Source: a virus | Lineage: Duplodnaviria > Caudoviricetes | Length of the DNA stretch: 61,662 bases | Virus record (IMG/VR): IMGVR_UViG_3300042343_000382 | Coordinates: 1 to 61,662 of that record | Reading direction: 5' to 3' (one strand) | In this document: positions 43,220 to 52,848 of the stretch, piece by piece | Layout of the letters: the number at the start of each line of letters is the position of its first letter | Position numbering within the stretch: the stretch's first letter is position 1 | Made by a program: the position numbers and the translations under genes | Notes under the pieces: generated by a model | Databases searched by the model: none | The model's input: the letters and a program-made list of their open reading frames with translations, nothing else | What the model was told of the DNA's origin: nothing

Positions 43220-46200
43220 TATAAATTTAATGTATTCTTTCTTAGTCATATCACCTGGTTTGACTTCTTGAACTCCTTTATATTTTTTTATTTTATATTG
43301 ACCTTCCATAACATTTTTATACATTTGCCTAGCGTCTTGTGTATCTAATGCTTGAGATTTCACAGCTTCCTTTAATTGTTTTGTGAATTTAGTAATCTCT
43401 TCTTTAGTTAATTGGTCTATAGAACTTCTTTCAAAAGTCTCATATACATATTGTAATTGTTTTTTTTCTGGTTTACTTCCAAAGAACGCCTTTACAAAAG
43501 GTAATCTTCTCAAAGAAAACTCATCCTTATCTTTCATTTCTTTCCCGTGTACAGATTCTACAACTTCTTTAGCAGCTATCTTACCAGTGTATCCTACGTC
43601 AGATATAAACTTACCAGTTCCTCCTCCAAGCGCATCGTAATAGTGATCTAATATCTCTGGACTAATATCTATATATCCTTTCTCCATAGCACTTCCGCCA
43701 GTCCACTCGTTTAATTTTTTAGCAGTCCATAAAGATCCTGGCCTAACTGATTCAAAATACAAGTCACTTTCTTTTTTCTTAGCTCCAAATTTAGGTTGTT
43801 CAGGTTTAATTGGAGCCCCAAAGAAATTTTTATTCTCAGATTGCTGAACAAAAGGATCAAATGCTGTCGGAGCTACTGCCTGTGACAACGTAGGCCCTTG
43901 CAATGGAGATATCTGATTGTATATAGTCATAAACATTTTTGATGTTGCCTCAGTAGCATCTTTTCTTCCAGTAGCTACATCATATGTTAAATTACCTGCA
44001 TACTTAAATACATTTAATCCATAAGCCATTGGAAGTAGTAATGGTTCTTGTTTAGAATCTTTTGGATTTACTAATACAAAATTTCTTTCTTTTATACCAT
44101 CATCTATCTTTTCATCGTCGTCATCATCTCCTCCTAAATGAGAGTTAAGCGCTGCCTCTAAAATACCATAAGCAAACATACCTCCAGCTATAGTTCTAGC
44201 TGTTTTAGATTTAGATAATGATGTCGCCATTCTTACCGTACCACTAAGTCCAGCGGTAGCAAATAAATACAGACTATCCATTAATCCTCCCCACGTACCT
44301 TTATTCTCAAAGTTTACTGTTATATTCTTAGCGGCTCTTGCTGCTTCTTCAGTAGATACTCCTGCATCTTTTAACGCCTTAAATGTACTAAGCCTTACTG
44401 ACTGTTCTACTACAGACTGAGCAAGCATAAGCGTGTTACCTAACTTATTTAAAGCTGCAGTATACATCTTCTCTCCCTTGTTTATTTTATTAATATCTTT
44501 TCTCAAGCTATCAACATACTCCTCAAGTGTTTCTTTTTGAAACCAAGAAACCTTACCACCACTATCTCTATATTCTTTAGCTAATTTAGCCCACTCAGAA
44601 TCATATTTGCCTTTTGAGTCTTGTATAATACCTTGACCTGCAGACTTTAAATTTTTAGGATTAGCTATTTGTCCTGTAACATTTTTTATATCCAAGTCTT
44701 TTATCTCTGACTGTATATTTATAAGTGCTGACTGGTAATCTCTTAAGAAGTTAGTAATCAAAAAGTTAGGGTTCATTAAAGTAGCAGTGGATCTTATCCA
44801 ACTATTTACTATATAAAGACCTCTTATACCTCTTTGAATACCTTGACTTTGAAGAGCGTCTCTCATAGCCTTATCTTTAATTTCTACATAAACTGGCTTA
44901 CCATCTACCTTTAACTCTACAGAATCATTAATTAGTTTTTGTGATGTGGTTGGTAACATATATTTTATATCGCCATTAGAATCTAAAATAGCTGTATATT
45001 TAGGTTTATGCACCTCAAATACTTCGTTATTTTTATCAAGTTCGGCAAGATTTATTAACGCTTGTGCCGCTTGGTTTCTTTCTCCTCTTGCTACTGTATT
45101 TTGATACTCAAACATAGAAGAAAATATAGGATTATATCTGTCTGTATATTTATATAAATCACTACCCTTAGCCTTAAATATATCTCTACCTTTAACACTT
45201 GCTCCTGCTCCTGCTCCTCCAGCTCTTTTTGTCATAGCCTTTTCAACTACTTGAAGAGGAACATAGTTCTTATATTGAGTCTGTAATTTATCGTATAACT
45301 CTTGATCTATAAGACCATACTTTAATTTATCGTCAAGAGAAGGTTTAATTACATTATCTCTAAACTCTTTTGCGTACTTATCAAATAATTCTTTTTTACC
45401 AGACTTCTCTACATTATCTATAATTTCTTGAGCCTGTTCGTTTGTCATACCACTACCAGCTTCTTTAAGCAATTTAACCTTTCCTTGTCCAGATATTAAT
45501 TTCTTTAACTCATTCTCGTATCTCGTTTTTAATGATTGAGTTTCAGCATTCTTTATCTTTTCATTTAAAGCGTCTACTTCTTTTTTAAAGTTTTCTTCTC
45601 TTTCAGTGGCGTTAGCTAAATTTCTTTCTTCAGCGTGCAATGCATACATATAAGTACCTAACTGGTCAATATCTACACCGTCTTTTTTAGCTCTATTAGC
45701 CCAAGACTCTTTATTACTTTTATCAAAAATTTCTTTTTGTTTATCCTCTATAATGTTTATAGTCTTTCCAACTAACAACTCAAACTTCAAGGCAACATTA
45801 GCTTCCTTAAGTATCTTTATACCTAAAGCGCCTTCCATTTGCTCTTGAACATCTTTGACTCTTATCATCTTATTTTGAAAAGCCTGTATAAATTTCTTAA
45901 GCCAGTTTTGATCTTTTAGGTCTATTAACTTAGGAGCCTGTGCTGCTTGATCAATAGCCTGAGATGTTGAGTACTTACTAACAGAATTATAGTATAGGTC
46001 TTTCTTTTGTTCTTCAGTTAAAGAATTGAAATCATTATCTTTAGACATTTCATTAAAGAAGTCATCCATATTGGCAATGCCTTTAGATATTACATCTAAT
46101 CCTTTTGCTTCCATTTCTAATGGCTTCTGAGTAGACTGATAATAATTAGCAAAATCTTTTTCTATTGAGGCTCTTTTATCTTCACCTAATAAATTAACCA

Positions 46201-49200
46201 TATCATTAATAGCTTCCTTAACAGCTTCAGCAAACTCAATGCCTTTATCCATTAACTCACCTGTCTTTTCGATAGCCTTGGCTAATGCTTCTTTCATAGT
46301 ATCAGCATCAACACCTTGTTTTTTACCACCCTCAATATTAGCCTTAAGCCAATCAGGTAAATCTAAACTTCTTACTTTATCAGCTAACTCTTTTGCTTTC
46401 TCTGTATTTTTTTTAGTTGGCTCCGTAGGTTTAGTTTCAGAAGGAATTATTTTAGATGTTGGAGCTTCAGTTCTTCTTTGTTCGGGCTCATATGCAACTG
46501 CCTCAGCATAAGCATCTTTTAATTCTTGAGATATATCAGATTCCTCAATCATTGTTGTTATCTCGTCCTGAGATAACTTAGGAAAATCTTCTCTAAGACT
46601 GTAAAGTTTGTCATAATTATTCTGAGTATTTCTCTCTTTATTTATATTATCGTAAACCTCTTTTAATTTAACATCTTTAGATTCAGGTATAATAGACTTA
46701 AACCCTTTATCTTTATTACTTACAAAATCTTCTTTGAAAGGTTTAATAATTTTATTACCTTCCATCTCCTTAACATCAATTGGTTTTAACGGCTCTGTAG
46801 TTTGCGCTCTTGTTGTATCCTTCCATTCACCTACAACCATCTTAAAACCCTTATCACCTGCAATTTTTGTAACTTGAGCAAACTGGTCATTAGGCGTAAA
46901 CGCCTGTCCTGGAAACTCTTTCTCAAACTTAGATCTAGCCTCTTCAATAAGATTTAATGGATCTGCATTAAAATCATAAACTTCAGATTCTGGAATTTTA
47001 ACCATATGAGTATTTCCAGACACTATACTCTCAGCTATATTTTCAGCTGGATAATACATAGATACTCCATTCACTCTACCAATAGCAGTTTTTTCTTCAG
47101 CTGATGTTACGTTTCTAGGATTTGTACCGTACTTATTAGGCTCAATAGTTTCTAGTGTAGTAGGTGATGTATGATAAAACACATAATTACCTTCATTGTC
47201 TTGAGTAAGGTTAGCCACATTTGAAGATGTTTCTGGAGATATGCCTTTAACTTCAACAGGCTTAATCTCCTCTACCTTAACCTCGGCAGGAGCGTTCACA
47301 CTCATCTCTTCAGCTGTAGTTTTACTACTAAGTATGTTTACTCGCTCATCCTCAACTAACTTGAATTGAGACTTTAAACTGTTTAATAAATCTTTCTTTG
47401 TATTTACATCAATAGTTTTATCATCTGTTATTTCAGAAGCCTTAGCTCTTAATTCTGACTGCTCCTTCTCTATTTTTGCAATCCTACTCTTACCAGCATC
47501 AGACATACTTTCTATAGAAGAAACAACCTTATTTACTATAGCTCCGCTCTCAGCATTTAATCCAGCTATTTTATTTTTAGCCACAGACTTTACCTCCTCA
47601 GAAACATTTTTATCACCTATTAATTTATTAAGGTTTAATATTTGTTTTGAGTTGTTATCTAGTGTGTTAGTGTATTCTGGTATAGCAAATGGTTTTATAA
47701 CTGCGCCAGCTATATGAGGAGATGACTGAAGCATTGAAGTCATTAGGAATGTATCCTTTAGTATATCTTCTGAGTTATCAAAAATACCTACTTCATTTTT
47801 TCCTAAAAAATATTTATTTAATGCGTTTTGTGAAACATTAGTAAACAACTCTCCAGCATTTTCTTTAAATTGATCCTTAGAGTAATCCTTACCAGTCCTT
47901 AAAAAGTTATTAAATGTAGAATTCGTTAATTCTCTCTTTAATACATCATCAGCATTTATTGCAGATGTAGCTAACCCTGCCTTCTTTAATATACCTACGG
48001 TAGGTATTTCAGACACTACCTCTGCAGCACCCCATAACAATGGTATAGAAACCATCTGTAGGTCATCATATTTAGCTGTCCCATTAAGGACCTCTTGCTT
48101 CATATCAAACCTTTTTTGTGCCATACTAGTAGCGCCCATAACTGCTAATCCTGGATTTCCAGTAGATGCAGCAACAAGATTAGGAACCTGAACAGCAAAA
48201 ACATCTGAAGACCAGTTAATAAAATCATTTACATTGTTTACGTCCTTTATGTCTTTTCTAAATGTATCACTTAATCCGCTTATATTATTTACTGTTTCTG
48301 TAACTAACTCGTCCTTAGATTTTTTTAATCTATTTATGTATTCAGGATTGTTTTCAGATTCAGGAAGTATAAAGTCAGCTATCATATCTCCAGTAGTTAC
48401 CAAGGCATTTAAAGTTCCCTGAGTAACCCTTCCAGATATGTTATACAACATATCGTAGTTTCTCTTTAACAATTCAACTTCTTCTTCAGCACTTCCGTGC
48501 TCTCTATCTAATCCATATATAGACTTATCTAACTTTTTAATATATTCAGTGTTAGATTTTATTCTATTCTCTACATTATCTATTTCATTTTGATCCTGAT
48601 TAGCTTGTTGTAATTGGTATAATCTTATGTAGTCGTTCTCTAATGATGCTAAATAAGAGTCTCTAACCTTTACTACCTTCTTAGTATTATCTTCAATAGT
48701 TTTAAGGTCATCTACCTTATTAAATTGTAGATTATTTTTTACATCCTCAGGTATAGATTCTAAGTAGTCATCAGTTTGAGAGTTTCTAAGACTCTTAGCT
48801 TTATTTTCTATAGCTAACTGATAAGCCTTAAAGTTTACCTCTTCTTCTGTTAATTTTGAATTCTTAGGGTCTGATTTAACCTCTGAAATTTCTTTAACTA
48901 TTGGATTTTTTTCTATTTGAACTGCACTTATATCTTGAGGAGTTAAGTCCGCTAGTTTACCTATGCCAGATACAACAGTATTATATGCAGATGATAGCCC
49001 AGATTTTATAACATTTAAAAATCCAGTGTTATTAACCTCTGCATCTACTTCTTCTTTTGCTTTTGATGTATAATTATTTAAGTCTCTTACACTATTGAAC
49101 TGATATGTAAATACATCATCAACAGGTTCTTCTATAGGGGTCTTCTTTTTAAGAGCTTTAAGACGTTCAAGTTCCTTTCTGTTTCTCTCCTGCTCCTCTA

Positions 49201-49585
49201 CATTAAACTTCTGACCTAACTTTAAATTTGTTTTCTTTTCAAGATACTTTATAGATTGCTCTGTATCAATAGGAGTAGATGGAGGAACGAACGCTTCTGA
49301 TTTAAGTCCGTCTCCATACATAATAGATGTAGGTCTTTGTTGTTGCTCCTGTCCGAATAGCTTAGTTGGACCACCTAAAGCAACCGAAGCCTGCGCTCTT
49401 GTTGGTGGCTCTGTATCCGATGAAGTACCTTGCTGAATAGGTCTCGTAGGAGATACCCCAGCTTTTTCTTGTGGAGTGGATTCTGAAGATCCTTTTTTTT
49501 TTATAGGTATACCAAACTCATCAACAGATTTTTTGGCAACAGCGGGCTTTTTAATTGGAATTCCGAATTCGTCAACTTCGTCCAT
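43205..49585 (-). CDS. Large internal virion (ejected) polyvalent protein, LPD38-like C-terminus
   Basis: 2126 aa helical; NP.F..TNF.RD, A.NITVNF...G, LP..YG, N.NFFGAPI.P motifs; follows tail genes. Confidence 0.7.
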   Translation of the reverse strand: MDEVDEFGIPIKKPAVAKKSVDEFGIPIKKKGSSESTPQEKAGVSPTRPIQQGTSSDTEPPTRAQASVALGGPTKLFGQEQQQRPTSIMYGDGLKSEAFVPPSTPIDTEQSIKYLEKKTNLKLGQKFNVEEQERNRKELERLKALKKKTPIEEPVDDVFTYQFNSVRDLNNYTSKAKEEVDAEVNNTGFLNVIKSGLSSAYNTVVSGIGKLADLTPQDISAVQIEKNPIVKEISEVKSDPKNSKLTEEEVNFKAYQLAIENKAKSLRNSQTDDYLESIPEDVKNNLQFNKVDDLKTIEDNTKKVVKVRDSYLASLENDYIRLYQLQQANQDQNEIDNVENRIKSNTEYIKKLDKSIYGLDREHGSAEEEVELLKRNYDMLYNISGRVTQGTLNALVTTGDMIADFILPESENNPEYINRLKKSKDELVTETVNNISGLSDTFRKDIKDVNNVNDFINWSSDVFAVQVPNLVAASTGNPGLAVMGATSMAQKRFDMKQEVLNGTAKYDDLQMVSIPLLWGAAEVVSEIPTVGILKKAGLATSAINADDVLKRELTNSTFNNFLRTGKDYSKDQFKENAGELFTNVSQNALNKYFLGKNEVGIFDNSEDILKDTFLMTSMLQSSPHIAGAVIKPFAIPEYTNTLDNNSKQILNLNKLIGDKNVSEEVKSVAKNKIAGLNAESGAIVNKVVSSIESMSDAGKSRIAKIEKEQSELRAKASEITDDKTIDVNTKKDLLNSLKSQFKLVEDERVNILSSKTTAEEMSVNAPAEVKVEEIKPVEVKGISPETSSNVANLTQDNEGNYVFYHTSPTTLETIEPNKYGTNPRNVTSAEEKTAIGRVNGVSMYYPAENIAESIVSGNTHMVKIPESEVYDFNADPLNLIEEARSKFEKEFPGQAFTPNDQFAQVTKIAGDKGFKMVVGEWKDTTRAQTTEPLKPIDVKEMEGNKIIKPFKEDFVSNKDKGFKSIIPESKDVKLKEVYDNINKERNTQNNYDKLYSLREDFPKLSQDEITTMIEESDISQELKDAYAEAVAYEPEQRRTEAPTSKIIPSETKPTEPTKKNTEKAKELADKVRSLDLPDWLKANIEGGKKQGVDADTMKEALAKAIEKTGELMDKGIEFAEAVKEAINDMVNLLGEDKRASIEKDFANYYQSTQKPLEMEAKGLDVISKGIANMDDFFNEMSKDNDFNSLTEEQKKDLYYNSVSKYSTSQAIDQAAQAPKLIDLKDQNWLKKFIQAFQNKMIRVKDVQEQMEGALGIKILKEANVALKFELLVGKTINIIEDKQKEIFDKSNKESWANRAKKDGVDIDQLGTYMYALHAEERNLANATEREENFKKEVDALNEKIKNAETQSLKTRYENELKKLISGQGKVKLLKEAGSGMTNEQAQEIIDNVEKSGKKELFDKYAKEFRDNVIKPSLDDKLKYGLIDQELYDKLQTQYKNYVPLQVVEKAMTKRAGGAGAGASVKGRDIFKAKGSDLYKYTDRYNPIFSSMFEYQNTVARGERNQAAQALINLAELDKNNEVFEVHKPKYTAILDSNGDIKYMLPTTSQKLINDSVELKVDGKPVYVEIKDKAMRDALQSQGIQRGIRGLYIVNSWIRSTATLMNPNFLITNFLRDYQSALINIQSEIKDLDIKNVTGQIANPKNLKSAGQGIIQDSKGKYDSEWAKLAKEYRDSGGKVSWFQKETLEEYVDSLRKDINKINKGEKMYTAALNKLGNTLMLAQSVVEQSVRLSTFKALKDAGVSTEEAARAAKNITVNFENKGTWGGLMDSLYLFATAGLSGTVRMATSLSKSKTARTIAGGMFAYGILEAALNSHLGGDDDDDEKIDDGIKERNFVLVNPKDSKQEPLLLPMAYGLNVFKYAGNLTYDVATGRKDATEATSKMFMTIYNQISPLQGPTLSQAVAPTAFDPFVQQSENKNFFGAPIKPEQPKFGAKKKESDLYFESVRPGSLWTAKKLNEWTGGSAMEKGYIDISPEILDHYYDALGGGTGKFISDVGYTGKIAAKEVVESVHGKEMKDKDEFSLRRLPFVKAFFGSKPEKKQLQYVYETFERSSIDQLTKEEITKFTKQLKEAVKSQALDTQDARQMYKNVMEGQYKIKKYKGVQEVKPGDMTKKEYIKFIKGAN

Positions 49586-49586
49586 A

Positions 49587-51182
49587 CTATTCTATTTTAA
49601 CTCCTTTTTGTTTTAATAATTTTTCGTATTCAATTGCAGAATATCCAGCTGCTGCAGCTTTTGCTGCTAAATCACTTCTCTTTATAACCGTTTTTGTTTG
49701 TGTTGCCTTACCGCCTTTTACAGGTCTTGTAGGACTCATTCCTTTTTGCTCTTCTATTAAAAATTCTCTAGCCTGATCTAAACTTTGAAAAGTTTCCCCT
49801 GGTCTACCTGGTATTGGAATACGAGTTATAATGTCCTCCATTTGAGCCCCGTTAACACTATCCCATAAACCTTCAGTTTTAATTCTTTTACCATTTATTA
49901 CTGGAGTACTTGTAAATTTAGTTCTTTTAGTTTCAGTAGCTGTTCCTTTTTCAAAATCTACACCTGAACCTGTAGTTTTACCAACAACATTGTATCCATT
50001 AATAACTAACTGACCATTTCTTAAAGCAACTGATTTTATTTCTTGCATAATTCCAGGACCTTGAGATATTCTTACATTACTAAGACTAAACGTTGGACCT
50101 GCTAATTTATTGGTTTTTTGACCATACATAGGCACTACTTTACCTACAGTTGGTATATCTTCTGGTTTAGGACCTTTATCCCCAGCAGGAGCTCTTTGAG
50201 GAGCGAATCTTTCCATTCCAGTCTCCTTAATTCCAGTCTGAGCGATAAGGTATTCTCTAACAACCTCTCTAGTTCTTTTTGTCATATTAGTGTCTATGAT
50301 AGGAATCATCTCACCAGCTCCGTTATTCTTAAGACCTATATTCTTACCACTAGAAGCACCCTCTCCTGTAATTTTATATGTTCCGTCAGTATCAGTCAAG
50401 ATACTAGCGTATCCCTTCTCATTCTTAGCGATAGCCTCTGTTATGTTGTTTACAAGATCATCAAATTCTTTGAAATTCTCTAACTGCTCTCTTGTCTCTA
50501 TCCTACCATCTCTGATCAATTGAACAAAAGGCTTCATTTTCTCAGCATACTTATTCGTCTCAGCTAAGACATCTATCTTTTTATCATCAAAGTTCTTAAC
50601 CTCTACAAGTGTAGACATAGGAACCATCCCAAGAGGACCTTCCTTAACTTTTCCCTTATCATCTAACTCAGCCACGTACAGTCTTCCGTCATTAGGGTTG
50701 TGTATCAGCTTCTTATCTTTAAAATTCTGAAATCCACCCTTCCACTTCTGCATAAAGTCTGCATAGGCAGATGTCTTTCCTTCCTGAACATCCTTTAGGT
50801 ACTTGTCATAGTCAGCACCGTAAGTCTTTGTAAACTGATTTAGTTGACCTATACTGGCTGATGTATTCTGGTTGGCTATAGTAAAGTCAGATCTTGATAT
50901 TTGACCAGACTCTAACTTCTTTTGTAATTCAAATACGTTTCTTTTAGTGTCATAACCCATATTGGTTATAAGTGCATTAAGATTAGGATCGCTTGTTAGA
51001 CTTACCTCGTTAGCCTTTGTAAGGATATCGTTAGTAAGCTTCTTATCAAACTCTCTATTCTCGTAACGCTGCTGCTCCTGATTCTGTAGGTTCTGGTTTA
51101 CGTTGCTGATTACAGTACCCCAATCAAGCGTTGGAGCTGCACCTATCTCTGATGGATTCTGATACTTATAGTAAGTAGCCAT
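49587..51182 (-). CDS. Putative internal virion protein
   Basis: 531 aa in ejection-protein position. Confidence 0.55.
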   Translation of the reverse strand: MATYYKYQNPSEIGAAPTLDWGTVISNVNQNLQNQEQQRYENREFDKKLTNDILTKANEVSLTSDPNLNALITNMGYDTKRNVFELQKKLESGQISRSDFTIANQNTSASIGQLNQFTKTYGADYDKYLKDVQEGKTSAYADFMQKWKGGFQNFKDKKLIHNPNDGRLYVAELDDKGKVKEGPLGMVPMSTLVEVKNFDDKKIDVLAETNKYAEKMKPFVQLIRDGRIETREQLENFKEFDDLVNNITEAIAKNEKGYASILTDTDGTYKITGEGASSGKNIGLKNNGAGEMIPIIDTNMTKRTREVVREYLIAQTGIKETGMERFAPQRAPAGDKGPKPEDIPTVGKVVPMYGQKTNKLAGPTFSLSNVRISQGPGIMQEIKSVALRNGQLVINGYNVVGKTTGSGVDFEKGTATETKRTKFTSTPVINGKRIKTEGLWDSVNGAQMEDIITRIPIPGRPGETFQSLDQAREFLIEEQKGMSPTRPVKGGKATQTKTVIKRSDLAAKAAAAGYSAIEYEKLLKQKGVKIE

Positions 51183-51185
51183 TGA

Positions 51186-52007
51186 TTATACTGTATATGT
51201 TTTTAAAAACTGTGCAAATGCTTGCATCATCTTAGGATCCATTCCTTGTGTGTTTTGCGAGGCTGGCTTTGCAAAAGAAGTACCTCCTAATAAAGTTTGT
51301 AGTTGATCTCCTGCATTAGCAAGTCCTCCGTAAGTTCCAACCATTCCAGCTCCCTGAGTTATCATTCCTCCAATCCCTTGAAGTCCAGCTTGTTGTTGAG
51401 CTATCATAGCCTTCTCTGCAGCCATAGCAGCGATCTGAGCTCCTTGAGCCTCCTCTAAGTCTAATTTTGCTAGGTCTTGATTTATTGCCATTCCAGCCCC
51501 AGCCTTAGTCATAGCATCAGTATAAATTCTGTCGGCAAGAGCCTCTCTTGTCTTTGCTTGTCCTTCAATAGTTGCCTCCTGAACTCCCTGAATTCCTCCA
51601 ATCAGAATACGTGGATCCTGAGACAATGCCTCTACAGCCTGTGTATTAGCAGCAATACCCTCTCTAAATTGTCTGTCGTAAGCTTGTAATGGAACCTGTA
51701 CCGCTTCATATAAATTTTGTTCCTTTCTTCTTCTAGCGTCCTCAGCAAGTCTTTCAGCCTCTCTTTGAGCTCCTCTCATAGCTGCTTTCTGTTTACTAGC
51801 ATCTACAAAAGACATAATTGTTGAAGCAGCTGTAAGTCCTAAGCCTACAAAAGGCATAGCTGCTGCTAAACCTGACGCAGGGCCAGCTAAAGCTGCAGCA
51901 CCACCTAGCAATCCTTGAGCATTTCCTGCCATACTTTGAATAGTAGGAGTACCACCTACTCCAGCTGGTATAGCATTAGCGTATTGTGAAAAATTGTAAT
52001 CTGGCAT
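51186..52007 (-). CDS. Putative ejection/pilot protein
   Basis: Ala/Gly/Gln-rich with hydrophobic N-terminal segment and coiled coil. Confidence 0.6.
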   Translation of the reverse strand: MPDYNFSQYANAIPAGVGGTPTIQSMAGNAQGLLGGAAALAGPASGLAAAMPFVGLGLTAASTIMSFVDASKQKAAMRGAQREAERLAEDARRRKEQNLYEAVQVPLQAYDRQFREGIAANTQAVEALSQDPRILIGGIQGVQEATIEGQAKTREALADRIYTDAMTKAGAGMAINQDLAKLDLEEAQGAQIAAMAAEKAMIAQQQAGLQGIGGMITQGAGMVGTYGGLANAGDQLQTLLGGTSFAKPASQNTQGMDPKMMQAFAQFLKTYTV

Positions 52008-52023
52008 AATTCTATATATTTTA

Positions 52024-52031
52024 CAAAGATA
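52024..52031 (-). promoter_or_regulatory. Bacteroidota-type -7 box (TATCTTTG)
   Basis: 16 nt upstream of ATG 52007. Confidence 0.65.
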
Positions 52032-52037
52032 ATAATT

Positions 52038-52835
52038 TTAAGGATAACTTTTAAATACATTTGATTTAACTGAGAATAATTCAACCCTATCTGTCGATCC
52101 ATTCTCTAGCTCGTACTGCATATAGTATCCACGTGCACCGTAAGACTCAGCCACGCTGTTCTTTATGTACAGTATGTAGTCTCCGTCATTCACTGCGTTA
52201 GCTAAAGGAGGCATGTTATTTATTGTTATAGACGTGTTTGTAAGTCCTGTAATATCACCTATAAACTCTATAACTCCAGCATCATTTCTGTATGCCAAGT
52301 CACCAATACTTACGATTGTTCCGATATTAAACGTGAAGTTTAATACGGTATCTTCAGTCCCTGGATTATCTACAGTGTCTACTGATCCTACGCCCTGAGC
52401 GGAGCGAAGTCTAAGATTATCATCGCCTGATAGGTTACGGATATACGCGAACCAGTTCCCCTCCTTCTCTACAAAGTATGTTGAGTCTATATCACCAGTA
52501 GACAAATCCGTTATAACAGAGCAGCTCCAGGGGCTATTTCCATAGGTGGCAATAGTCTTGAAGTTCTTTATAGTCAGCGGCTCCTTATTAAATACAGACG
52601 TTACCTTAGATGGTTCAAACGCATTTGGTGAAATGGCTGGAGGTGTTACGTTATCAACTCTATTCCACCAGTCCTGGTAGAATGTGTTCCTGTTTACATT
52701 GGTGTTGTGCTTGTAAAGCTCACCTCCCTTAAAGGAATAGAACGCTCCGTTCATACCGAGCATCATCTCTGGGTGGTACGAAAAGAATGATGTCCATCCC
52801 TCTACGTTCTTGTTGTATGTTAATGTGTACTTCAT
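52038..52835 (-). CDS. Tail protein (C-terminal-type module of stabilisation protein)
   Basis: TL.Y.....GWTSFFSY.PE, K.FKTI, FVEKEG.WFAYI, G.RGYY, ELFSV. Confidence 0.65.
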   Translation of the reverse strand: MKYTLTYNKNVEGWTSFFSYHPEMMLGMNGAFYSFKGGELYKHNTNVNRNTFYQDWWNRVDNVTPPAISPNAFEPSKVTSVFNKEPLTIKNFKTIATYGNSPWSCSVITDLSTGDIDSTYFVEKEGNWFAYIRNLSGDDNLRLRSAQGVGSVDTVDNPGTEDTVLNFTFNIGTIVSIGDLAYRNDAGVIEFIGDITGLTNTSITINNMPPLANAVNDGDYILYIKNSVAESYGARGYYMQYELENGSTDRVELFSVKSNVFKSYP

Positions 52836-52848
52836 AGTTTATTTTTTA

